NCBI GenBank assembly: GCA_017403265.1
Contig: JAFQOJ010000017.1
Coordinates: 1,196-65,195, forward strand
Direction of reading: 5' to 3'
From: Clostridia bacterium
GTDB lineage: Bacteria; Bacillota; Clostridia; Oscillospirales; Acutalibacteraceae
Length of the DNA: 64,000 nucleotides
In this document: positions 45,721-54,885 of the stretch, piece after piece
How positions within the stretch are numbered: the first letter of the stretch is position 1
Layout: every line of letters begins with the position of its first letter
Program-made: the position numbers and the translations under genes
The notes under the pieces: model-generated
What the model was told of the DNA's origin: nothing
Database searches by the model: none
The model's input: the letters and a program-made list of their open reading frames with translations, nothing else

Positions 45721-45740
45721 AAACGAAAGGCGGAATTTTT

Positions 45741-46940
45741 ATGAAAAGCTTAATTAAAAATGCTACAGTTTATGAAAACGGCTCATTCATTTGTAAAGAT
45801 TTTCCGCTAACAGTTAGCGGTGTTATTTCCAATTTTAATAAGTTATTTGTCTTCCCGGCTTTTTGTGATGTTCATGTTCATCTTCGAGAGCCGGGTTTTT
45901 CATATAAGGAAACCATAAAAAGCGGTACAAAAGCTTGTGCCCGCGGGGGATATAGCGATGTGTGCTCTATGCCCAACCTAAACCCTGTGCCAGATAGTTT
46001 TGAAAATTTACAAAAACAACTTGACATTATAAAAACAGATGCGGTTATAAATGTTCACCCTTATGCTTCTATAACCAAAGGGCAATTAGGTGAAGAACTT
46101 TCGGATTTTCAAAACTTAAAACACGCTTTTGCCTTTTCGGATGACGGCAAGGGTGTTCAGAATGCCGAAATAATGAAAAGTGCAATGCTAAAAGCAAAAG
46201 AACTAGGTAAAATAATCGTAGCGCATTGCGAAGACAATAGCCTTCTTTTTGGCGGATATATTCACGACGGCGAGTATGCCAAACTACACAGTCATAAAGG
46301 TATTTGCAGTGAGAGTGAATGGAAACCTATTGAAAGGGATTTAAAACTTGCAAAGATTACGGGTTGTAAATACCACGTTTGCCATATATCCACTAAAGAA
46401 AGTGTTGAGCTTATAAGAAAAGCTAAAGCCGACGGCGTAGATGTTACCTGTGAAACCGCTCCCCACTATTTAGTACTTACCGATATGGACTTAAAAGAAG
46501 ACGGCAAATTTAAAATGAATCCGCCACTTAGAAGTGAAGAAGATAGGCTAGCACTTATTGAAGGCATTAAAGACGGCACTATCGATATGATAGCAACCGA
46601 CCACGCACCCCATAGCGCCGAAGAAAAAAGCAAGGGGCTCCAGAAAAGCGCATTCGGTATAGTGGGAATCGAAACCGCCTTTTCAGTTATGTATACCCAC
46701 CTTGTTAAAACGGGAATAATAACTCTGGAAAAGCTTATAGAAATTATGGCTATAAACCCGCGTGAGCGTTTTGGCATTAAGCCTAGCGGCTACACAGTAT
46801 GGGATTTAGATAAAAAGTTCACTGTAGACACAAACGAATTTTTATCGAAAGGCAGTGCAACCCCCTTTGAAAACTGCGAGCTTTACGGTGAATGTAAACT
46901 AACCGTAGTAAATAATGAAATCAAATATATTAAGGAGTAA
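45741..46940 (+). CDS. pyrC: Dihydroorotase
   Basis: Metal-binding motif [10 protein letters not shown] and the amidohydrolase fold pattern (DHAPH). Located in the pyr operon. Confidence 0.9.
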   Translation: MKSLIKNATVYENGSFICKDFPLTVSGVISNFNKLFVFPAFCDVHVHLREPGFSYKETIKSGTKACARGGYSDVCSMPNLNPVPDSFENLQKQLDIIKTDAVINVHPYASITKGQLGEELSDFQNLKHAFAFSDDGKGVQNAEIMKSAMLKAKELGKIIVAHCEDNSLLFGGYIHDGEYAKLHSHKGICSESEWKPIERDLKLAKITGCKYHVCHISTKESVELIRKAKADGVDVTCETAPHYLVLTDMDLKEDGKFKMNPPLRSEEDRLALIEGIKDGTIDMIATDHAPHSAEEKSKGLQKSAFGIVGIETAFSVMYTHLVKTGIITLEKLIEIMAINPRERFGIKPSGYTVWDLDKKFTVDTNEFLSKGSATPFENCELYGECKLTVVNNEIKYIKE

Positions 46941-46945
46941 TAAGT

Positions 46946-49900
46946 ATGGCTAAAAGAAAAGACTTAAAAAAGATTTTAATTATAGGCTCTGGTCCTATTG
47001 TTATAGGTCAGGCTGCCGAGTTCGACTACGCAGGCACACAGGCATGCCTTGCTTTAAAGGAAGAAGGCTATGAGGTTGTACTTTGTAACTCTAACCCTGC
47101 TACCATTATGACCGACACCACCATTGCTGATAAGGTTTATATGGAGCCTTTAACCCTTGAATTTATAGCAAAGGTTATAAGATACGAAAGACCCGACGCT
47201 ATTGTTCCCGGCATTGGTGGACAAACAGGTCTTAACCTTGCTATGCAGCTTGAGGAAAAAGGCATTTTAAAGGAATGCGGTGTTGAGCTTTTAGGTACAA
47301 GCAGCAAGAGTATTGAACGCGCTGAAGACCGCGAGTTATTTAAAGAGCTTTGCGAATCTATTGGCGAGCCTACCATCCCGTCACAAATCACCTATTCCTT
47401 AGAAGAAGCCAAAAAGGCTGCAAAAGAAATTGGCTACCCCGTTGTACTTCGTCCTGCATTCACCTTGGGCGGTACAGGCGGCGGATTTGCATACAACGAG
47501 CAAGAGCTTATTGAAATCGGTCTTAATGCATTCAAGCTCTCCCCCGTTCATCAGGTTCTTATTGAAAAAAGTGTTAAGGGCTATAAGGAAATTGAGTTTG
47601 AGGTTATGCGTGACAGTAAAGATAATGCCATAACCATATGCGGTATGGAAAATATTGACCCTGTAGGTGTTCACACAGGCGACTCTATTGTTGTAGCTCC
47701 TATTATGACGCTTAATGACCATGACCTTAAAATGCTTAACGACAGCGCCATTAAAATTATCCGCGAGTTAAAGATAGAAGGCGGTTGTAACGTTCAGTTT
47801 GCGCTCGACCCTAACTCCTCACAATATTATTTAATTGAAGTTAACCCCCGCGTTTCGCGTTCTTCGGCGCTTGCATCAAAAGCCAGTGGTTACCCGATAG
47901 CTCGCGTTACCGCCAAAATTGCGGTTGGTATGACCTTGGAAGAAATCGCTATAGCCAACACCAATGCCGCATTCGAGCCAAGACTTGATTATGTTATTAC
48001 AAAATTCCCACGTTTCCCATTTGATAAGTTCACCACAGCTTCTAACATTTTAGGCACACAGATGAAGGCTACAGGTGAAGTTATGGGTATTGGTACCACT
48101 TTAGAAGAAAGCCTTTTAAAAGGCATACGTTCTCTTGAAATCGGTATCGCTCACCTTTATCACCATAAGTTTGACAATATGACCGATGACGAGCTTCGTG
48201 CCTATATCAGCGAGCTTAGGGATGATAACCTTTTCGCTATTGCCGAGCTTCTTTACCGCGGTGTTACTGTAGAAGAAATTCACGAAATTACAAAGATTAC
48301 CGCATTCTTCCTTGAAGCTATTAAACGCATTATCGAAATGGAAAGAACCCTAAAAGAGAATAAATTCGACCTTGCAACCTTAAAAGATGCTAAGAAAATG
48401 GGCTTTTCGGATAAATATATTGCAAGAATGTGGGACTGTGACGAACTTAAGGTTTATAACTTCCGCAGCGAAAATAATGTTTACCCCGTTTACAAAATGG
48501 TTGATACCTGTCACACAAACGCATATATTCCATACTTCTATTCTTCTTATCACGATGAAAATGCTTCAATTCTTACCGATAAAAAGAAAATTGTTGTTTT
48601 GGGCGCAGGTCCTATCCGTATAGGTCAGGGTGTTGAGTTTGACTACTCTACCGTACACGCCGTTACCACCATTAAAAATTCGGGCTATGAAGCAATTATT
48701 ATAAACAACAATCCCGAAACCGTTTCTACCGACTATACAACAGCTGACAAGCTTTATTTTGAGCCGTTAACACCTGAAGATGTTATGAACATTATCGAGT
48801 TTGAAAAGCCCGAAGGTGTTATTGCTTCTTTGGGCGGTCAGACCGCTATAAACCTTGCAGAGCCGCTAAGAGACCGCGGTGTTAAGATTATCGGCACCGA
48901 CTGTGACGCTATTGAGCGCGCCGAAAACCGCGACAGCTTTGAAAAAATTCTTCACGAGCTTAATATTCCGCAACCAAAAGGTAAAGCTGTTACCAAAATT
49001 GAAGACGGTATTGCCGCTGCTAAAGAAATCGGCTACCCTGTGCTTGTACGCCCGTCATTTGTTTTGGGTGGCCGCGCTATGCAAATTGTTGCCGACGAAG
49101 AACAGTTAAAGCACTACCTTAAAACTGCGGTTGAAATTGATGAAGACCGCCCTGTTTTAGTTGATAAGTATATCCAAGGTAAGGAAGTTGAAGTTGACGC
49201 TATCTGCGATGGCAGAAATGTATTTATCCCCGGTATTATGGAATTAGTTGAGCGTACAGGCGTACACTCAGGTGACTCTATAAGCGTTTACCCCACATTC
49301 AGCATTTCTAACAAGGTTAAAGGTATCATTTTACAGTACGCAAAGAAATTAGGTCTTGGTATCGGCATTGTAGGTCTTTACAACATACAGTTTATTGTTG
49401 ATAAGGACGAAAATGTGTTTATTATCGAAGTTAACCCGCGTTCTTCAAGAACAGTTCCTTTCCTTTCAAAAGCAACGGGCTATAGCCTTGCAGATATTGC
49501 TACCGAGGTTATTCTCGGCAAATCCTTAAAGGAACAGGGTATTTTCGATATCTACCCCCAAGAAAAAGACCGTTGGTATGTTAAAGTACCGGTATTCTCT
49601 TTCAATAAAATTCGCGGTCTTGATGCTTATCTCTCCCCTGAAATGAAGTCTACAGGTGAAGCTATCGGATACGACGATAAGCTTAACCGCGCACTTTCTA
49701 AGGCTTTACAGGCTTCGGGTATGCGTGTACAAAACTACGGTACTGTATTTGCAACAATAAGCGACAAGGACAAGGAAGAAGCTTTACCGCTTATTCGCCG
49801 TTTCTACAACTTAGGCTTTAATATCGAGGCTACATCGGGTACTGCTAAATTCTTAAAAGCAAACGGTATCAACACCCGTGTGCTTAAGAAAATCGAAGAA

Positions 49901-50119
49901 GACCCTGACGAAATCCACGATGCATTACGCCAAGGTCATATTGCTTATGTAATTAACACACGTGATATCGAGTCAAGCGGTACTGCTACAGATGGCTTTA
50001 AGATTAGAAGTTATGCTACCGAAAATAATGTCACTATCTTTACTGCACTTGATACAGTAAAAGTGCTTTTGGATGTATTGGAAGAAACAACACTTACAAT
50101 TTCTACTATTGATGCATAA
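46946..50119 (+). CDS. carB: Carbamoyl-phosphate synthase large subunit
   Basis: 1057 aa. Duplicated ATP-grasp halves (two copies of GxGPIxIGQ..EFDY) and a C-terminal MGS-like domain. Confidence 0.95.
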   Translation: MAKRKDLKKILIIGSGPIVIGQAAEFDYAGTQACLALKEEGYEVVLCNSNPATIMTDTTIADKVYMEPLTLEFIAKVIRYERPDAIVPGIGGQTGLNLAMQLEEKGILKECGVELLGTSSKSIERAEDRELFKELCESIGEPTIPSQITYSLEEAKKAAKEIGYPVVLRPAFTLGGTGGGFAYNEQELIEIGLNAFKLSPVHQVLIEKSVKGYKEIEFEVMRDSKDNAITICGMENIDPVGVHTGDSIVVAPIMTLNDHDLKMLNDSAIKIIRELKIEGGCNVQFALDPNSSQYYLIEVNPRVSRSSALASKASGYPIARVTAKIAVGMTLEEIAIANTNAAFEPRLDYVITKFPRFPFDKFTTASNILGTQMKATGEVMGIGTTLEESLLKGIRSLEIGIAHLYHHKFDNMTDDELRAYISELRDDNLFAIAELLYRGVTVEEIHEITKITAFFLEAIKRIIEMERTLKENKFDLATLKDAKKMGFSDKYIARMWDCDELKVYNFRSENNVYPVYKMVDTCHTNAYIPYFYSSYHDENASILTDKKKIVVLGAGPIRIGQGVEFDYSTVHAVTTIKNSGYEAIIINNNPETVSTDYTTADKLYFEPLTPEDVMNIIEFEKPEGVIASLGGQTAINLAEPLRDRGVKIIGTDCDAIERAENRDSFEKILHELNIPQPKGKAVTKIEDGIAAAKEIGYPVLVRPSFVLGGRAMQIVADEEQLKHYLKTAVEIDEDRPVLVDKYIQGKEVEVDAICDGRNVFIPGIMELVERTGVHSGDSISVYPTFSISNKVKGIILQYAKKLGLGIGIVGLYNIQFIVDKDENVFIIEVNPRSSRTVPFLSKATGYSLADIATEVILGKSLKEQGIFDIYPQEKDRWYVKVPVFSFNKIRGLDAYLSPEMKSTGEAIGYDDKLNRALSKALQASGMRVQNYGTVFATISDKDKEEALPLIRRFYNLGFNIEATSGTAKFLKANGINTRVLKKIEEDPDEIHDALRQGHIAYVINTRDIESSGTATDGFKIRSYATENNVTIFTALDTVKVLLDVLEETTLTISTIDA

Positions 50120-50128
50120 CTAATTCGG

Positions 50129-50149
50129 AATGCATAATTCGTAATTAAA
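50129..50149 (+). repeat. 21-nt intercistronic motif, copy 1 (carB-pyrK gap)
   Basis: AATGCATAATTCGTAATTAAA. It matches 52553-52573 at 19 of 21 positions. Confidence 0.85.
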
Positions 50150-50207
50150 TGTGTTTTGCCCTGCAAAACGATTTAAATATACATCATTACTAATTAGGTG
50201 ATAACTT

Positions 50208-50938
50208 ATGACAACACAAGGAATTTATGAAATTCTTTACAATTTTAAAATTGCTCCTGATGTTTACAGTATGGTGCTTGCAGGCGATACTTCTTCGCTT
50301 TAGCACCCGGACAGTTTGTAAATATTAAGCTAGAAGGTAAATTTTTACGCCGTCCTATATCGGTATGTGACTATAATGAAGAAACCATAACCTTAATTTA
50401 CAAAGTCGTAGGCGACGGCACCGAGCAAATGTCCAAAATGAAAGCAGGCGAAAAGCTTGATATGCTTGTAGGCCTTGGCAATGGCTTTAACCCCGAAAAG
50501 AGTGGTGATAAGCCGTTGCTTATCGGTGGCGGTGTTGGTATTCCACCCCTTTACAATCTTTGTAAAGAGCTTTTGAAAATGGGTAAAACACCCACAGTTA
50601 TATTAGGCTTTAACAAAAAGGAAGAAATCTTTTACGAGGATGCCTTCAAGCAGTTAGGCGCAAAGGTTATTGTAACTACTGTTGACGGCTCTTACGGTGT
50701 AAAAGGCTTTGTTACCGATGCTATGGATATAGAGTATTCCTACTTCTTCACCTGCGGACCCATGCCAATGTTTAAGGCAATTGAAAAGAAAGCAATAACA
50801 AGCGGTCAGTATAGCTTTGAAGAAAGAATGGGTTGCGGCTTTGGTGCTTGTATGGGCTGCAGTTGTAAAACAAAGTACGGCAACAAGCGTATTTGTAAAG
50901 ACGGTCCTGTGCTTTATAGGGAGGAAATAGTATGGTAG
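50208..50938 (+). pseudogene. pyrK: Dihydroorotate dehydrogenase electron-transfer subunit PyrK, interrupted by a frameshift
   Basis: ATG at 50208 (SD AGGTG) gives MTTQGIYEILYNFKIAPDVYSMVLAGDTSSL and then TAG at 50301. The -1 frame, open from 50261, continues ALAPGQFVNIKLEG... through the FAD/NAD domain and the C-terminal 2Fe-2S motif CGFGACMGCSC. Confidence 0.8.
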
Positions 50939-51849
50939 ATACAAGCGTAATCCTTTCAGGAATTAAAATGGATAACCCCGTTATCCCCGCAAGCGGAACC
51001 TTTGGTTTCGGTTATGAATTCGCATCACTTTATGATATAAACTGCCTTGGCACCTTTTCTTTTAAGGGTACTACACGCGATGAGCGTTTTGGAAACCCCA
51101 CACCCCGTATTGCCGAATGCCCAGAAGGTATGTTAAATTCTGTAGGACTTCAAAATCCAGGTGTTGAGCGTGTTATAAGCGAAGAGTTACCCAAGCTTAA
51201 AGAATGTTTTAATAAGCCTGTTATGGCAAATGTAAGCGGTTTTTCAATTGAAGACTACGCTTATACCTGCAAAAAATTAAATGACCAAGAGCAGATAGGT
51301 TGGTTTGAAGTAAATATATCCTGCCCTAATGTTCACGGTGGCGGTTTAGCATTTGGTACAAGCGCCAAAAATGCTGCCGAAGTAACAAAGGCGGTTAAAA
51401 AGGTTACGAGTAAGCCTGTATTTATAAAGCTTTCACCCAATGTCACCGACATTGCCCAGATTGCAAAGGCTTGCGAAGCCGAAGGCGCAGACGGTGTAAG
51501 CCTTATAAATACCTTACTCGGTATGAGAATTGACTTGAAAACCAAAAAGCCTATTTTAGCCAATAAAATGGGTGGATTTTCAGGTCCTGCAATTAAGCCT
51601 GTAGCACTTAGAATGGTTTATCAGGTTTACGATGCAGTTAAAATACCGATTATCGGTATGGGCGGTATTTCTACCGCTGAGGATGTAATAGAAATGATGC
51701 TTGCAGGCGCTACCGCAGTACAGGTTGGTGCCGCAAACCTTGTATCGCCCTTCGCTTGCAGAGATATAATAAACAATCTCCCTAAAGCAATGCAAAAATA
51801 CGGAATAAACAGTTTAACTGAAATTATAGGAGGCGCTCATAATGGGTAA
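50932..51849 (+). CDS. pyrD: Dihydroorotate dehydrogenase, class 1B catalytic subunit
   Basis: Class 1 DHODH motifs ([22 protein letters not shown]). It overlaps the pyrK stop. Confidence 0.93.
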   Translation: MVDTSVILSGIKMDNPVIPASGTFGFGYEFASLYDINCLGTFSFKGTTRDERFGNPTPRIAECPEGMLNSVGLQNPGVERVISEELPKLKECFNKPVMANVSGFSIEDYAYTCKKLNDQEQIGWFEVNISCPNVHGGGLAFGTSAKNAAEVTKAVKKVTSKPVFIKLSPNVTDIAQIAKACEAEGADGVSLINTLLGMRIDLKTKKPILANKMGGFSGPAIKPVALRMVYQVYDAVKIPIIGMGGISTAEDVIEMMLAGATAVQVGAANLVSPFACRDIINNLPKAMQKYGINSLTEIIGGAHNG

Positions 51850-52540
51850 GGACGTAATCATCGCTTGCGACTTTGCAAGCAAAGAGGCAACAATAAACTT
51901 TTTAGACAAATTCACAGATGTAAAACCGTTTGTAAAAATCGGTATGGAGCTTTTTTATGCCGAAGGTCCCGAAATTGTAAGAGAAATTAAGGAAAGAGGC
52001 CACAAAATATTCCTCGACTTAAAACTTCACGATATCCCCAATACAGTTAAAAAGTCTATGGCAGTTTTATCACGCTTAGATGTTGATATGACCAACCTTC
52101 ACGCAGGCGGTACTATTTCTATGATGGAAGCCGCTTTGGAAGGGCTTACAAGACCTGACGGTACAAGACCGCTTTTAATAGCAGTAACTCAGCTTACTTC
52201 CACCGACCAAGAACGTATGGAAAACGACCTTTTGATTAAAGAACCTATCGACAAGGTTGTTATGCACTACGCTAATAATGCAAAAATCGCAGGGCTTGAC
52301 GGCGTTGTTTGTTCACCGCTTGAAGCCGGCAAGGTACACGAAACCTGCGGCAAGGAATTTTTAACCGTTACACCGGGTGTACGCTTTGCTGACGGCGATA
52401 TTGGCGACCAAAAGCGTGTTATGACACCAAGTGAAGCCAAAAAAATCGGCAGTGACTACATAGTAGTAGGCAGACCCATTACTGCAGCCGAAGACCCCGT
52501 TGCAGCATATAAGCGCTGTTGTAAAGAGTTTATTGGATAA
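51842..52540 (+). CDS. pyrF: Orotidine 5'-phosphate decarboxylase
   Basis: [10 protein letters not shown] active-site motif. 232 aa. Confidence 0.93.
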   Translation: MGKDVIIACDFASKEATINFLDKFTDVKPFVKIGMELFYAEGPEIVREIKERGHKIFLDLKLHDIPNTVKKSMAVLSRLDVDMTNLHAGGTISMMEAALEGLTRPDGTRPLLIAVTQLTSTDQERMENDLLIKEPIDKVVMHYANNAKIAGLDGVVCSPLEAGKVHETCGKEFLTVTPGVRFADGDIGDQKRVMTPSEAKKIGSDYIVVGRPITAAEDPVAAYKRCCKEFIG

Positions 52541-52552
52541 TTCATAATTCAT

Positions 52553-52573
52553 AATGCGTAATTCGTAATTTAA
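52553..52573 (+). repeat. 21-nt intercistronic motif, copy 2 (pyrF-pyrE gap)
   Basis: AATGCGTAATTCGTAATTTAA, preceded by further TAATTC-like heptads (TTCATAATTCATAATG). Confidence 0.85.
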
Positions 52574-52584
52574 GGAGAATAAAG

Positions 52585-53241
52585 ATGGAAGCTTATAAGA
52601 GAGAGTTTATTGAATTTTTAGAAGGCGCAGGTGTTTTAAAGTTTGGTGATTTTACCGCTAAGTCAGGCAGAAAAATCCCTTATTTTATAAATGCAGGCGA
52701 TATTAAAACTGGCGAACAAATTTGCAAATTAGGCGAATTTTACGCTAAGGCTTACTTTGAAAAAATCGGCAACAAAAAGACTGTACTTTACGGTCCCGCT
52801 TATAAGGGTATCCCGATTGCTGTATCGGTAGCAGTAGCTCTTGCTAAAAACGGCCTTGATGTTCCCTTCTTCTTTAACCGTAAAGAAGAAAAGGACCACG
52901 GCGAAGGCGGTGTGTTTGTTGGCTACAAGCCACAAGCAAATGAAGAAATAGTTATTGTTGAAGACGTTATCACGGCAGGTACCGCTATTAGAGAAAGTAT
53001 GGAAATTCTTTCAAATCTTGAAGGCACAAAGGTTGCTGCAACCTTTGTTATGGTAGACCGCAAGGAAAAAGGCAAAACCGATAAGAGCGCTATGGCAGAA
53101 GTAGGCGAAGAATTCGGATTCCCTGTATACTCGGTAGTAGATGTTTACGATATTATTGAATACTTAGAAGAAGACGAGAAAAACCGCGAAAATGTTGACC
53201 GCATTAAAGCCTATCTCGCTATTAATGGCGCAAAGGAATAA
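52585..53241 (+). CDS. pyrE: Orotate phosphoribosyltransferase
   Basis: PRPP-binding motif VIVEDVITAGT. Confidence 0.93.
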   Translation: MEAYKREFIEFLEGAGVLKFGDFTAKSGRKIPYFINAGDIKTGEQICKLGEFYAKAYFEKIGNKKTVLYGPAYKGIPIAVSVAVALAKNGLDVPFFFNRKEEKDHGEGGVFVGYKPQANEEIVIVEDVITAGTAIRESMEILSNLEGTKVAATFVMVDRKEKGKTDKSAMAEVGEEFGFPVYSVVDVYDIIEYLEEDEKNRENVDRIKAYLAINGAKE

Positions 53242-53259
53242 TCTGAAAGGATTTTTAAA

Positions 53260-54171
53260 ATGAGAAGTTTAATAGATATTGCCGAGCTTTCTTTACAAGA
53301 AATTGACAGCTTAATTGCAACCGCAAACGATATCATTGACAATCCAAAAAAATATGCTGACAAATGCCGTGGCAAAAAACTTGCAACACTGTTTTTCGAG
53401 CCTTCAACCCGTACACGCTTAAGCTTTGAAGCCGCTATGTATGAACTCGGTGGAAATGTTTTAGGCTTTTCTGAGGCGCAAAGCAGCTCTGCTGCAAAGG
53501 GTGAAAGTATAGCAGATACCGCAAAAACCGTTTCTTGCTATGCCGATATTATTGCAATGCGCCACCCCAAAGAAGGCGCACCGCTGGTAGCTTCAATGAA
53601 CGCAAGCATTCCTGTTATTAATGCGGGTGACGGCGGACACAACCACCCCACCCAAACCTTAGCCGACCTTTTAACCATTAAGCGCGAAAAAGGTAGCTTT
53701 GATAACCTTACAGTTGGTCTTTGCGGCGACTTAAAGTTTGGCAGAACGGTACATTCGCTTATAAATGCACTCAGGAGATACAAAAATGTTAAGTTTGTGC
53801 TTATCTCTCCAACCGAACTTCGCATTCCCGAATATATTAGAGAATCGCTCAAAAAGGATAACTTTGAAGTAGTTGAAACTACCGATTTGGAAGCCGCTAT
53901 GAGTGATCTTGACATTCTTTATATGACACGCGTTCAAAGAGAGCGTTTCTTTAACGAAGAAGAATACTTAAGGCTTAAAGACAGCTACATTTTAACTACA
54001 GAAAAGCTTGCTAATGCTAAGCAAGACTTATCTATTCTTCATCCTTTACCGCGTGTTAACGAAATAAGCGTAGCTATTGATAACGACCCGCGCGCTTGCT
54101 ATTTCAAACAGGTTTTAAACGGAAAATATATGCGTATGGCATTAATTTTAATGCTTTTGGGGGTAGAATAA
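53260..54171 (+). CDS. pyrB: Aspartate carbamoyltransferase catalytic subunit
   Basis: STRTR, HPTQ and HPLPRV motifs. Confidence 0.95.
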   Translation: MRSLIDIAELSLQEIDSLIATANDIIDNPKKYADKCRGKKLATLFFEPSTRTRLSFEAAMYELGGNVLGFSEAQSSSAAKGESIADTAKTVSCYADIIAMRHPKEGAPLVASMNASIPVINAGDGGHNHPTQTLADLLTIKREKGSFDNLTVGLCGDLKFGRTVHSLINALRRYKNVKFVLISPTELRIPEYIRESLKKDNFEVVETTDLEAAMSDLDILYMTRVQRERFFNEEEYLRLKDSYILTTEKLANAKQDLSILHPLPRVNEISVAIDNDPRACYFKQVLNGKYMRMALILMLLGVE

Positions 54172-54587
54172 TGACTATTGACGAAATTAAAAACGGTATA
54201 GTAATAGACCACATTACCGCAGGCCTTGGCATGAAAATTTATTCCCTTTTAGAGCTTGATAAGCTTGAATGCTCGGTAGCACTTATTAAAAACACTCCGA
54301 GCAGAAAAATGGGGAAAAAGGATATCATAAAAATAGATGCAGACATCGTACTTAATACCGATATTTTGGGCTATATTGACCCTGATGTAACCGTAAACAT
54401 AATTAAAAACAGCAAAACGGTTGAAAAGAAGCGTATTGCTTTACCCGAAAAGCTTACCAATGTAATCACCTGTAAAAACCCGCGTTGCATTACCACAACC
54501 GAACAGGAACTACCCCAAATATTTAAGCTGACCGACAAAGAAAACCGCATTTACAGATGTTTATACTGTGAATCAAAAGCAAAATAA
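54171..54587 (+). CDS. pyrI: Aspartate carbamoyltransferase regulatory subunit
   Basis: ATG at 54171 overlaps the pyrB stop (TAATG). Allosteric domain (IKNGIVIDHI) and Zn domain CKNPRC...CLYC. Confidence 0.9.
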   Translation: MTIDEIKNGIVIDHITAGLGMKIYSLLELDKLECSVALIKNTPSRKMGKKDIIKIDADIVLNTDILGYIDPDVTVNIIKNSKTVEKKRIALPEKLTNVITCKNPRCITTTEQELPQIFKLTDKENRIYRCLYCESKAK

Positions 54588-54595
54588 ATCATTTT

Positions 54596-54629
54596 ACGGC
54601 ACACTCAAAAAAAGGGTGTGTCGTTTTTA
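54596..54629 (+). terminator. Intrinsic terminator of the pyr operon
   Basis: ACGGCACACTC (54596-54606) / GGGTGTGTCGT (54614-54624) with two G-U pairs and an A7 loop, followed by TTTTTAT. Confidence 0.7.
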
Positions 54630-54688
54630 TATACTTTTTAGCCAAAAAAAATCAAATATTTCGTCTAAGCTTGTTATAATTTATTGTA

Positions 54689-54717
54689 TTGACAAAAGTC
54701 CCCCATACCAATATAAT
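54689..54717 (+). promoter_or_regulatory. Perfect-consensus sigma-A promoter upstream of the glycosyltransferase fusion gene
   Basis: TTGACA (54689-54694), 17-nt spacer, TATAAT (54712-54717). It lies about 165 nt upstream of the ATG at 54886. Confidence 0.65.
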
Positions 54718-54885
54718 GATAGATGTAATATTGTGTATTACAATGCGTTATTTATGCCCATATTTTAGTGGATTTTTTATTTTAAAAAAATTTTTAAAAT
54801 AATGCAATAAATCCGCCCCGCTGTACATTAGTATTATGTAGCGTTCATACTACTAACCGCAGCTTTTACAAAAGGAGTTTCATAA

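Noticed and set aside
53538-53915. 125-aa antisense ORF inside pyrB; similar ones at 20281-20625 in cysK and 41803-42153 in the VanY-like gene
   Set aside because: All are fully embedded opposite strongly supported conserved genes, so I treat them as shadow ORFs.
54568-54768. 66-aa ORF after pyrI
   Set aside because: It starts inside pyrI, reads through the operon terminator and a consensus promoter, and has no SD.
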